Shown: one piece after another, positions 8,644 to 17,062 of the stretch
Layout: each line of letters opens with the position of its first letter
Position numbering within the stretch: the stretch's first letter is position 1
Source: a virus
Lineage: Duplodnaviria > Caudoviricetes
Reading direction: 5' to 3' (one strand)
DNA length: 55,132 bases
Virus record (IMG/VR): IMGVR_UViG_3300043427_002441
Coordinates: 1 to 55,132 of that record
Notes under the pieces: generated by a model
What the model saw: the letters and a program-made list of their open reading frames with translations, nothing else
Database searches by the model: none
What the model was told of the DNA's origin: nothing
Translations under genes and position numbers: made by a program

Positions 8644-9678
8644 TTAGGACGGAGAGGTACTATAAGCGACTCCACCAATAATTCCATTTCCAGTTATAGA
8701 AACACCGCTTCCATTATTTGTAACAATGATACCAAATCCAGACGCACCTGCCGCACCACCAGCGCCGACCAGACCACCAGATCCAGCACCACCATTTGCC
8801 TGTCCGCCACCACCATTTCCACCAACGGCAAAACCATCTCTAAGAATTGCTCCCACTCCACCACCACCATTCCCAGTGGAACTTCCTGAACCACCACCTG
8901 CGGCATAACGATTAATACCAGCTCTTAATTGATAATATCCACCTCCAGCGCCACCACCGGCACCTGCCGGAATACCATATCCGCCTCCGCCTCCGCCACC
9001 AGGAGCTCCTGCTCTTATATCTCTTCTTCTACTTCTTCTGTTTTCAGAATATGCAGCACCTCCTCCACCGCCGCCACCACCAGAACCTTGTATTCTTCCA
9101 CGATTTGTAACGGTGACTGGTTGATAATCTAAACATAATCCACTTGTACCAAATCCACCTCCTCCACCAGCATTTGCGATAAAATACCCAGAATCTCCTC
9201 CTCTACCACCATTTCCACCAGCACCAGATATAAAACCACTAGGTCCAATGTCAACTCTCAAATCAGTTCCACCTTCCCAACCTCCAGTAAACATTGAACA
9301 ATAATTTCTATTTGGAGCAGAGCCTGATCCAATATTAGAAGAAACAGTACCATAAACATGAACCCAAACCTTTGTATTTGCCGATGATGCAGGTCTAGTT
9401 TTAAATCCACCAATACAAAAAGTATCTGTGTTGTTATTATATCTTGTTCGTGCTGCAATTCTAGCGGCATTCCCAATAGCAACAACAGTATTAAGTTTCT
9501 TACTATAAAAACTACTAAATGATATTGCTCCTGACGTTGGAATACCAGTATCCAATGGTAAAGTTAGTTGGGCAATCGTCTGAGAAACTCTGTAAGCACC
9601 TAAGTTTATTCCTGGAGGAGAACCAAACTCATTGATGATATTGGAAAAGGAAATGGGTCCAGATGCCTGTAAAGTCAT
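8644..9678 (-). CDS. glycine-rich tail-fibre adhesin (gp38-like)
   Basis: SGPISFS N-terminus, multiple GxGGxGG polyglycine motifs separated by variable loops; immediately downstream of an S74-containing fibre. Confidence 0.7.
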   Translation of the reverse strand: MTLQASGPISFSNIINEFGSPPGINLGAYRVSQTIAQLTLPLDTGIPTSGAISFSSFYSKKLNTVVAIGNAARIAARTRYNNNTDTFCIGGFKTRPASSANTKVWVHVYGTVSSNIGSGSAPNRNYCSMFTGGWEGGTDLRVDIGPSGFISGAGGNGGRGGDSGYFIANAGGGGGFGTSGLCLDYQPVTVTNRGRIQGSGGGGGGGGAAYSENRRSRRRDIRAGAPGGGGGGGYGIPAGAGGGAGGGYYQLRAGINRYAAGGGSGSSTGNGGGGVGAILRDGFAVGGNGGGGQANGGAGSGGLVGAGGAAGASGFGIIVTNNGSGVSITGNGIIGGVAYSTSPS

Positions 9679-9680
9679 AG

Positions 9681-12600
9681 TTACTTAACTCCTTTTAATT
9701 CATTTATTTCTGCTTTAAGTTCTTTAATTGCTTCAATCAGAAGTGGGACTAATTTTTCATATTGAACAGTCATATAATTTTCATCAACAGGGCAAGATTT
9801 AACTGCTTCAGGAAGAACTGCTTGAACTTGCTGAGCAGATACGCCAACATAAGTAATTTCAGTATCAAATCCAAGTTTTTGTCCAATTTCATTGAAATTA
9901 TAAGTAAATCCACTCAATTGCATCACTTTATCTAATGCATTTTCAAGAGATTTTATATTTGTCTTAAGTCTTTCATCAGACGCAAAAGCAGTAATATCTT
10001 GAGTGACAGACAGATTTCCATTAACAGTTGTAGTATCCGAAGTTGCATTACCTAAAGTTGTGTTACCATTAACTGTTAGATTATTAGTTACACCAAGACT
10101 ACCATTAACGGTTGTAGTGTCTGTAATCGCATCACCTAACGTTGTGGTTCCACTAACTGCCAGATTACCAGTTGCAGTTAAATTAGCGACAACAGTTGCA
10201 TTTGAGTTAAATGTTACCGTTCCATTAACTATCAAAGTTCCATCAATTGTTGCTGAAGAATTTGAAAGTGTCAAAATATCATTATAAGTTCCACCTGAGT
10301 TTTTATTCTGGAATATGGTAGTTCCACTATTTGAAGTGTTGAAAATAGTGAAAATCGAATCTGATCCACCAGTTGTGTATATGTCACCATCAGTAGCTGC
10401 TGAAGTTCCAGTGAAATAGAGCGACCCAGAAGTAAGTGTGGTGTTTCCAGAAATAGTTGTCGTATCTGTAGTTTGATTTCCTAATGCAGTGTTGCCATTA
10501 ACGGTCAGGTTACTGGTTACAGTTAAGTTAGAAGAACAATTAAAGCTACCACCAACATTTAAATTCTTTTCAATACCAACACCACCTTCAATTACAATTG
10601 CTCCACTATCTTTACTGGTGGAATCCACAGTGCTATTAAACGTTGTGTTTCCATTAATCTTAACTTCTCCAGTAATTGTGGCAGAATTATCAATCTTTAC
10701 TTCTTTGGTGAAAGTTACTGGACCATCAAATTGAGATAGAATAGTTCCAGAATTTCCACCTTCTACCAACAATCTCTCTTTAATTGTAACTTCATCATAA
10801 ACAACACTAAGTCTGTTTGGATCTAAACCAGTGATTGTTGGTGTTGGAATTGAGAATGTTGATTGTTGTCCACTAGCAGCAGAATACTTAGTGTTTCCAA
10901 TATAAAAGTCACCATCATTATTCATTCCAGTGTATATTACACTACCAGCAGATCTTTGTTGAGATTGAACAAGATAAGCTTCTTTTTCGGAAAGACTCTT
11001 AACCTGAACTTGTGGAAGACCAGTTGAGTAGTTACCAGGACCATAACCTAGATATTCAAAGGTATGTCCAGATGCTCTTAGAATAGATGGTCTGCGGAAT
11101 TCAATTGGCAGTGGTTTGATTTTCTTGATTAAAGAGTTATTATCGTGTGCAGAGATAATAGTTCCCAGTTGACCACGAAGAACAGTGATTTTGTTGTTTG
11201 ATGGTCCTGTTAGAGAATTTGTTGCAATTCTCATAATTTCAGAATCAATCTGAATGTAAGAACCTATCTCAAATCGTTTTGTAGTTCCAATTCCAGAGGA
11301 AGAAGTGACAATAAATGAGGTATTAGAAGAGCTATTGGTAAGAGCCTCTCCTAAAGTTAATGTTTCATTACCAAACAGAACAACATCTCTAACTCCAAGA
11401 TTTTCATTTCCAGAATCAGATTGACCTGAATTTGCACTGAATCCAAGTTTTAAAACTTGTGTGGGAGTTGGGCTTATTTGCCTATTTGTCTGAGAATTGA
11501 ATGAAGTAACACTTATTCTATCTTTGACTACAAATTCACCCAGATTATTGTTACTAGCATCAAGTAATCTAAACTTATTTCCACTTAATAATCCATGAGC
11601 AGTTGATGTTGTAAAGGTTGCCACACCAACAGTTGAATTATATACAACCGCACCAGTTATATTTGTTCTTCTACTAACTACTATACCATATTGATTGGGG
11701 AAAATTGTTGGATCACCAGTTGTAGACCCAAATGTGATTCTATCTCTGTCTGGAACAGATGCAATTACTGCATAATGATCTTGACCTGTACCAATACCAG
11801 TAAACTGAACTACATTTCCAATTGAAGTTGAAATTCCTGCTACAGTAATTCCAATTGTTGCGTTTGCAGCTCCACCTATTTTAGAAGTATCAAAGTACAG
11901 TGTTTCTCCATTAGCGTATCCAGATCCGGGAGATGTAATATCTGCGGTAACAACAGCGCCACCAGAAACTGTAACTGTCGCAGTTGCTCCTTTCCAACCA
12001 ATTAATGAAGAACTATTATATAATTTAACATTATAATAGGTTCCATTAACTTTTCCACTACCACCAGTTAATGAATTATATGTAATAATTCCAGCAAATC
12101 CATGGTCTTTTTTGAATACAACAGTTGTAATTCCAACAGTATTGTTTCTCTGAGTAAATGAAACTGCAACTCCAACTCCAAAATCTTGCATTAAAAGGTC
12201 AACAGTTTCTCGTGTAACACTCTTCTTAAGATCATTAGTTACAACTTCACCTAATGGACTTCTCTTTGCATATGTCTTAGCAGATTGAGGATTCTCATCT
12301 CTATTATCTAAATCTAATTGTGGATATAAATCAACTACGTTTTGACTATATTTTAAACTAGTAAATGTATCCTCTACAGTATTACCTGCATTTAAAACAT
12401 ATAGATGATATACACCATCTTGATTATCTTTAATGTATTGGCTAATAACTTCACTTCTATAAATGTAATAGTTTGTCTGAAGATCTCTTCTTTGATATCT
12501 TGGTGAATTAACAGTCTTTACGGATTTATCTGGACTTGTAAAAGTTCCGGGAGAACGTGTAACACCAAAAACATCTCTACTAGAATAAGTGAATACCTGA

Positions 12601-15332
12601 GAAAAAGGTGTTCCGGTAATTAAAAATTCACCATTATACCCTTTATTATCTTGGGCAAAGGGATTATCTGAACTTTGAACATTTAAAATTGTTACCTTTT
12701 CTCCAACTTTTAGATTATGTGGAAGTTCTGTAGTTACAGTAATCGTAGAGGATGGAGAACTAAATGTACAAGAACTAATAAATCTTGGATTTCTATTATA
12801 TGAATAGTCTGCAGGTGATAATGTTGTAATAGCTGGGTCAAAATCACTTCTTATACCAGTTTGACTTGATTCTTGAATGACAAAAGCAGTTGTAGGGTCT
12901 TTTGTATTTTGAGCTTCTTTTGGAATAAAGACTCTTAACTTATAGATTTTTTCATCAATACTTCTATTATCAGGTACTCTTTTAAAGTTAGAAACCGATG
13001 ATCTTGCTCCAATACCAGCAACTCCATAATTTCTAAAGGTAGTATAAACTTCACTATTTGGGTTTGTATGAAGATACCAATTGGAACGACTAGTATCAAA
13101 TTGGATTGGATGCCCAACATCTCCAGGTTCTTTATCGGTTACTCTACTGACAACTTTTAATCTAGTTCCACCATATATTTTAATAGCGTTTCCTAAAAGA
13201 GCATTTGTTGGGGATGATGCTACCTTGATAGAAGTGCTACTATCAACAATTGCATAATACTTCACCTCAGGATCAAGATTTTCTGGCAAATCTCCAGTAT
13301 CACTAAAAATCCTTATCGATTCTCCAGTCTGCAATCCATGAGCATTAATACCAAGATTTAAAGAATTATTTGTTGGTCCAGCTCCAACTATATAAACTTT
13401 TTCACCAGTAGAAGTACCAAAAGTAACAGTTCTTCCAATAGCAGTTACACCATATTGATCGACAGAATCTGCCATGAATATATTGGCAGAAACTGTTCCA
13501 ACAACTTCTGTTGGAACATATATTCTATCATCAGATTTTGCACCAACCTTATATCCTTGAATATTAATTGGTGGAATATCATCTCTAGAATTTAATCCAA
13601 AAAGATAAAGATGACTCGTGATGCCAACAGCAGTTGTTAATCCAACATCAAAAGACAACCAATCAATATCATTTTCTGAATTTGTGATAGTTCTTGGTGC
13701 AATAATTGATGTAATGACTGCGGTATTATCTTTTTCAAATGCTTCATTTTTAAATCCCTCTGCATTTAGTGCAATTTGTCCAAAGTTAGAGTTGGAGTTG
13801 GTAATTGATCCATCACCACCACTTTGAGCATCAAAATGTCTATTAAATCCAATAGCAAAAACTGAAACGATTTGAATGAAAGCATCATTCGATAATTTGA
13901 TATGACTTGTATCCCATCCTGGTCTATAAATTGCATCAGAATCTAAGTGATATGCCTGAGTGGGATCTGTAGAGGTTGCACCACCAGATAAATCTGATCC
14001 AGTAACTCTAGTGATTGGTGATATTCCACTATAAACCCTAGAAGTTTTGTCATACTTTACAAATGCTCTATCATCTTTTTGAAGTGATACGCCAGTGAAC
14101 TGTGCAACAACCATAGAGCGGAATCCACTTGCTCTATCGCCATCAGCGTGCATTCCGTTCATTCCCCAAACAGAACGTAATGAACAGTTAAAGATGTATG
14201 GAGAAGCACCACCAACAGTATCAGTTTCAATTGTTACTGTTCCACCAGCTGGATTTGGATTTGCACTAAGAATTGGATCAACTACAGGAAGAATATAAGT
14301 AAATTCTGTCTCAGATATAACAGACTGTACTTTTGTTGAAATATTATAATCCCTTGCAGAAATACCATTAATCTTAATTGGTGTCCCTGCTGTAAATTTA
14401 TGATCGGAAATCGTAGTTACGGTAATAACATTTCCTGGTGTAAATCCATCACCAGAAACAATCTTAGTAATTTGAATTGGATCAGAAGCAAATGCACCAA
14501 CAATTTCCCATTCTGGTCTTTGCTTAGTAAATCCTAGTGTTGCGGTAGGATACTTTTGATCAATATCTCGTCCAGAAGCTTCGTTATATGCATTTGAAAC
14601 CTTGCTATAATACATATCAAGGTCTGTTAAATCATATCCTACAACTGTATTAACACCATCAGCATACTCAAAGCAAGTTAATTTGTGGTGAGAGAATGTA
14701 GGATTTGCTGAATTTGCAATAGAAAAATCTTTATTATCAGTATAAACTAAAGTATTTTCTAGTCCATCAAAGAGTGATAATTGCCAGAAATAACATGCAC
14801 CAGTAATTCTAAAGATTGAAGATGCAGGAACTCCATCATCAGTAGGATTAGGAACATAAAGAGGTCTGACCTTTGTTTTTCTTAAATCTAGACCAACAAT
14901 TGAAGTTCCTCTTGGTACAATTGCACCACCATAAACACTATTAAACTTATAAAGAATATTATTTCTTTGTAATAGGTCAAAGTTTGATGTTAATGTAAGG
15001 GATAATTCTGTCTGAGCATTAAGAACTGTTCCTGATGGAGTTACTGCCTTTACGCCACCATCATCTTTTAGAGCAAATCCTGGACGGTTATCAACAAGAT
15101 GCTCACCAGGAAGCAAAAGAATTGTTGTTTTTTCTGTAATATCGTTATCGTTACCTCTTAAATATGAAAATCTCGCTGATTCTAAAAGTGCTCTTTGAAT
15201 TGTCTTAAATGGTTGAGAAAGAGCGTTTCCCTGATTTGTAATGCTATCCGTTGCATTTAAATCACTAGGACTCACATACAAAATTCTACCATCAGTATTC
15301 TTGATAAAATTATCTAATCTATTAAGAGGCAT
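9681..15332 (-). CDS. large tail fibre/virion protein with C-terminal intramolecular chaperone (peptidase S74)
   Basis: N-terminal YVSP...PFKTIQRA beta-helix-type motif; C-terminal SDERLK...GVSAQQV...VQYEKLVPLLIEAIKEL; CATAAATA at 15372-15365. Confidence 0.8.
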   Translation of the reverse strand: MPLNRLDNFIKNTDGRILYVSPSDLNATDSITNQGNALSQPFKTIQRALLESARFSYLRGNDNDITEKTTILLLPGEHLVDNRPGFALKDDGGVKAVTPSGTVLNAQTELSLTLTSNFDLLQRNNILYKFNSVYGGAIVPRGTSIVGLDLRKTKVRPLYVPNPTDDGVPASSIFRITGACYFWQLSLFDGLENTLVYTDNKDFSIANSANPTFSHHKLTCFEYADGVNTVVGYDLTDLDMYYSKVSNAYNEASGRDIDQKYPTATLGFTKQRPEWEIVGAFASDPIQITKIVSGDGFTPGNVITVTTISDHKFTAGTPIKINGISARDYNISTKVQSVISETEFTYILPVVDPILSANPNPAGGTVTIETDTVGGASPYIFNCSLRSVWGMNGMHADGDRASGFRSMVVAQFTGVSLQKDDRAFVKYDKTSRVYSGISPITRVTGSDLSGGATSTDPTQAYHLDSDAIYRPGWDTSHIKLSNDAFIQIVSVFAIGFNRHFDAQSGGDGSITNSNSNFGQIALNAEGFKNEAFEKDNTAVITSIIAPRTITNSENDIDWLSFDVGLTTAVGITSHLYLFGLNSRDDIPPINIQGYKVGAKSDDRIYVPTEVVGTVSANIFMADSVDQYGVTAIGRTVTFGTSTGEKVYIVGAGPTNNSLNLGINAHGLQTGESIRIFSDTGDLPENLDPEVKYYAIVDSSTSIKVASSPTNALLGNAIKIYGGTRLKVVSRVTDKEPGDVGHPIQFDTSRSNWYLHTNPNSEVYTTFRNYGVAGIGARSSVSNFKRVPDNRSIDEKIYKLRVFIPKEAQNTKDPTTAFVIQESSQTGIRSDFDPAITTLSPADYSYNRNPRFISSCTFSSPSSTITVTTELPHNLKVGEKVTILNVQSSDNPFAQDNKGYNGEFLITGTPFSQVFTYSSRDVFGVTRSPGTFTSPDKSVKTVNSPRYQRRDLQTNYYIYRSEVISQYIKDNQDGVYHLYVLNAGNTVEDTFTSLKYSQNVVDLYPQLDLDNRDENPQSAKTYAKRSPLGEVVTNDLKKSVTRETVDLLMQDFGVGVAVSFTQRNNTVGITTVVFKKDHGFAGIITYNSLTGGSGKVNGTYYNVKLYNSSSLIGWKGATATVTVSGGAVVTADITSPGSGYANGETLYFDTSKIGGAANATIGITVAGISTSIGNVVQFTGIGTGQDHYAVIASVPDRDRITFGSTTGDPTIFPNQYGIVVSRRTNITGAVVYNSTVGVATFTTSTAHGLLSGNKFRLLDASNNNLGEFVVKDRISVTSFNSQTNRQISPTPTQVLKLGFSANSGQSDSGNENLGVRDVVLFGNETLTLGEALTNSSSNTSFIVTSSSGIGTTKRFEIGSYIQIDSEIMRIATNSLTGPSNNKITVLRGQLGTIISAHDNNSLIKKIKPLPIEFRRPSILRASGHTFEYLGYGPGNYSTGLPQVQVKSLSEKEAYLVQSQQRSAGSVIYTGMNNDGDFYIGNTKYSAASGQQSTFSIPTPTITGLDPNRLSVVYDEVTIKERLLVEGGNSGTILSQFDGPVTFTKEVKIDNSATITGEVKINGNTTFNSTVDSTSKDSGAIVIEGGVGIEKNLNVGGSFNCSSNLTVTSNLTVNGNTALGNQTTDTTTISGNTTLTSGSLYFTGTSAATDGDIYTTGGSDSIFTIFNTSNSGTTIFQNKNSGGTYNDILTLSNSSATIDGTLIVNGTVTFNSNATVVANLTATGNLAVSGTTTLGDAITDTTTVNGSLGVTNNLTVNGNTTLGNATSDTTTVNGNLSVTQDITAFASDERLKTNIKSLENALDKVMQLSGFTYNFNEIGQKLGFDTEITYVGVSAQQVQAVLPEAVKSCPVDENYMTVQYEKLVPLLIEAIKELKAEINELKGVK

Positions 15333-15367
15333 GGGATTATATTGACCAAAATAATTCTATGTTTTAT

Positions 15368-15679
15368 TTATGAGGTCAAATCTTCACCATTATAATCAAA
15401 TTCTAATTCATCAGGTAAATCTTCAGGATTTTCTAACTCAACTGGAAAGAAACAAGGATGTACTTCCTCATCTATGAGATAGAAAGAGTTTTTATATAAG
15501 TCTTCTGGTTCAAATGTACGATACTTGTCTGCAGTTTTGCACAAGTCCTGATCATATAAATGACCTTCTGGTAATTCATCAAAGGTAAAAGGAATCTCGT
15601 TGATGAAGTACATTTTCACTATCATACTGCCATTATTATACCAACAGTATGCGTGAGTGATTTTATACTTTAAAGACAT
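15368..15679 (-). CDS. conserved acidic hypothetical protein
   Basis: start corrected to MSLKYKITHAY (longer ORF overlaps tRNA-Leu); AATAAATA at 15707-15700. Confidence 0.7.
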   Translation of the reverse strand: MSLKYKITHAYCWYNNGSMIVKMYFINEIPFTFDELPEGHLYDQDLCKTADKYRTFEPEDLYKNSFYLIDEEVHPCFFPVELENPEDLPDELEFDYNGEDLTS

Positions 15680-15712
15680 AGGAGTGTTCCCATATCTTAT
15701 ATTTATTTTAAG

Positions 15713-15795
15713 TGCGAGTAGGGAGACTTGAACTCCCACGGGCAATGCCCAACAGATTTTAAGTCTGGTGTGTCTACCGATTCCACCATACTCGC
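15713..15795 (-). tRNA. trnL: tRNA-Leu(UAA)
   Basis: GCGAGTA/TACTCGC acceptor stem, anticodon loop CTTAAAA, long variable arm, GTTCAAG T-loop. Confidence 0.95.
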
Positions 15796-15806
15796 TTGTT
15801 AGGACC

Positions 15807-15835
15807 ATTATAACTCATAGAGTCTTAATGGTCAA
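15807..15835 (-). promoter_or_regulatory. sigma70-type promoter for tRNA-Leu, embedded in an inverted repeat
   Basis: TTGACC-17 nt-TATAAT; GACCATTA...TAATGGTC arms. Confidence 0.7.
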
Positions 15836-15836
15836 G

Positions 15837-15910
15837 TGCAGGTTGTGGGGATCGAACCCACCTTAGCCGAATTATGAGTTCGGTGCTTTCAACCAGAGAG
15901 CTAAACCTGC
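15837..15910 (-). tRNA. tRNA with CAU anticodon (elongator Met or Ile2)
   Basis: GCAGGTT/AACCTGC acceptor, CCGAA-CTCATAA-TTCGG anticodon arm, GTTCGAT T-loop; G1-C72 pair argues against initiator. Confidence 0.9.
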
Positions 15911-16332
15911 TCGTTTAGGAACTCTTCCCAACTACTTCCATAGTGTAGCATATGGTGGCAGTTATGGCAAAGAAGATCGCATTTGTCAACCTCTTCTTTG
16001 ATAAGTTCCCATTTTCTATTTGCAAAACTTCTCCCATCAAGATTAAACTCTTTTTGAGATGGATCTCTATGATGAAAGCATAGAGTTGCTGGTCTTTTTT
16101 CACCACAAGTTTGACACTTACCACCTTTATATTGAAGGGCTTCCCATTTATTGGAATAACCTCTTGCTTTTTGTTCTGTGTAAGTATCCCTGTTAATCAC
16201 AACAGGATCATTTTTATAACGCCATTTTTGCCTACACGCATTACTACACCATTTTTTTAATCGCCCTTTTGTTATCCTTTCATTAAGGATATCACAACCG
16301 CAACCTTGACAAGTAGTAATAGTAGTAAGCAT
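15901..16332 (-). mobile_element. free-standing HNH homing endonuclease
   Basis: N-terminal CxxC...CSxxCR zinc finger; CQTC...FHH.DP...C.LLCHNCH HNH core; inserted in the tRNA cluster. Confidence 0.85.
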
Positions 16333-16360
16333 TATGGTGTTATGAACGTATACATACACC

Positions 16361-16368
16361 TATTTATA
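16361..16368 (-). promoter_or_regulatory. T4-type late promoter for the HNH gene
   Basis: exact TATAAATA. Confidence 0.75.
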
Positions 16369-16380
16369 ATAAATGTATGT

Positions 16381-16532
16381 TGGAGGAGAGATCCATACGA
16401 TGAAACAGAGTCGCAATACAAGTCATAGGTCTGTTTCGCACCGACTTGCAGCTGGGGTTTTTCACTCTCCCTTTTTCAAGTAGGTTTTCTGTTGCTTACC
16501 CTCTAAAACCCACTACAAAATGGATAAGCAAA
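16381..16532 (-). ncRNA. putative structured ncRNA (two pseudoknots, acceptor-like stem plus CCA)
   Basis: ORF-free spacer with several complementary segments identified by eye; see findings. Confidence 0.6.
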
Positions 16533-16604
16533 TAGGGATACTGGGAGTTGAACCCAGACTAACCCGTTATAAGCAGGCCGCTCTAACCATTAAGCTATAC
16601 CCCC
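16533..16604 (-). tRNA. trnI: tRNA-Ile(UAU)
   Basis: GGGGGTA/TATCCCT acceptor, GCCTG-CTTATAA-CGGGT anticodon arm, GTTCAAC T-loop. Confidence 0.9.
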
Positions 16605-16619
16605 ATAAAACCCTGAGAA

Positions 16620-16793
16620 TTAGGGTGCTTCGTTGTTTAGTTCGGTGTGTATTCGTATAAGGTCATCATCTGTAGGTATCATAACTGCTGCCCTACCATT
16701 ATCATCCACTATTCCTATATGCTCTCCCATTTCCACTCTCCCAATTAGTTCGTCAAAACGTTCTTGAAATTCAGTCACCGTGAAAACTTCCAT
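16620..16793 (-). CDS. Phd/YefM-like small protein, 57 aa (not in ORF track)
   Basis: MEVFTVTEFQERFDELIGRVEMGEHIGIVDDNGRAAVMIP... fits the Phd/YefM N-terminal pattern. Confidence 0.6.
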   Translation of the reverse strand: MEVFTVTEFQERFDELIGRVEMGEHIGIVDDNGRAAVMIPTDDDLIRIHTELNNEAP

Positions 16794-16812
16794 TTTTTTC
16801 GTTATTTATGCA

Positions 16813-16998
16813 TCAAAAAGGATTACTATAAACCAGAGTATCCTCATCAAGTTTATCCCGAACGACTTCCAGCACATTCATAAACTGGTCTACGGTCTCA
16901 CATTGCACAACTCGTTCTCCACCTTCACTAGAGTACAGGTAAAACTTACGAGCAAGAGTATCGACAACACAGCGGGTCAGAAGTTCTTCGGCAGGCAT
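16813..16998 (-). CDS. conserved cyanophage hypothetical protein
   Basis: 61-aa ORF, first gene after a consensus promoter. Confidence 0.7.
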   Translation of the reverse strand: MPAEELLTRCVVDTLARKFYLYSSEGGERVVQCETVDQFMNVLEVVRDKLDEDTLVYSNPF

Positions 16999-17024
16999 CG
17001 GGCGTTTCGTTTGATTACCTAGGT

Positions 17025-17053
17025 ATTATAGGGCATCTGGGGCGGGGTGTCAA
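17025..17053 (-). promoter_or_regulatory. consensus sigma70 promoter for the tRNA island
   Basis: TTGACA-17 nt-TATAAT, perfect consensus. Confidence 0.85.
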
Positions 17054-17062
17054 GGGGGTAAA

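Noticed and set aside
15680-15808. N-terminal extension of ORF 15368..15808
   Set aside because: It is tRNA-Leu read as codons; the true start is at 15679
16381-16471. tmRNA or a fourth tRNA
   Set aside because: No T-loop, no G3-U70 alanine determinant, no anticodon arm or tag ORF; kept as an unknown ncRNA
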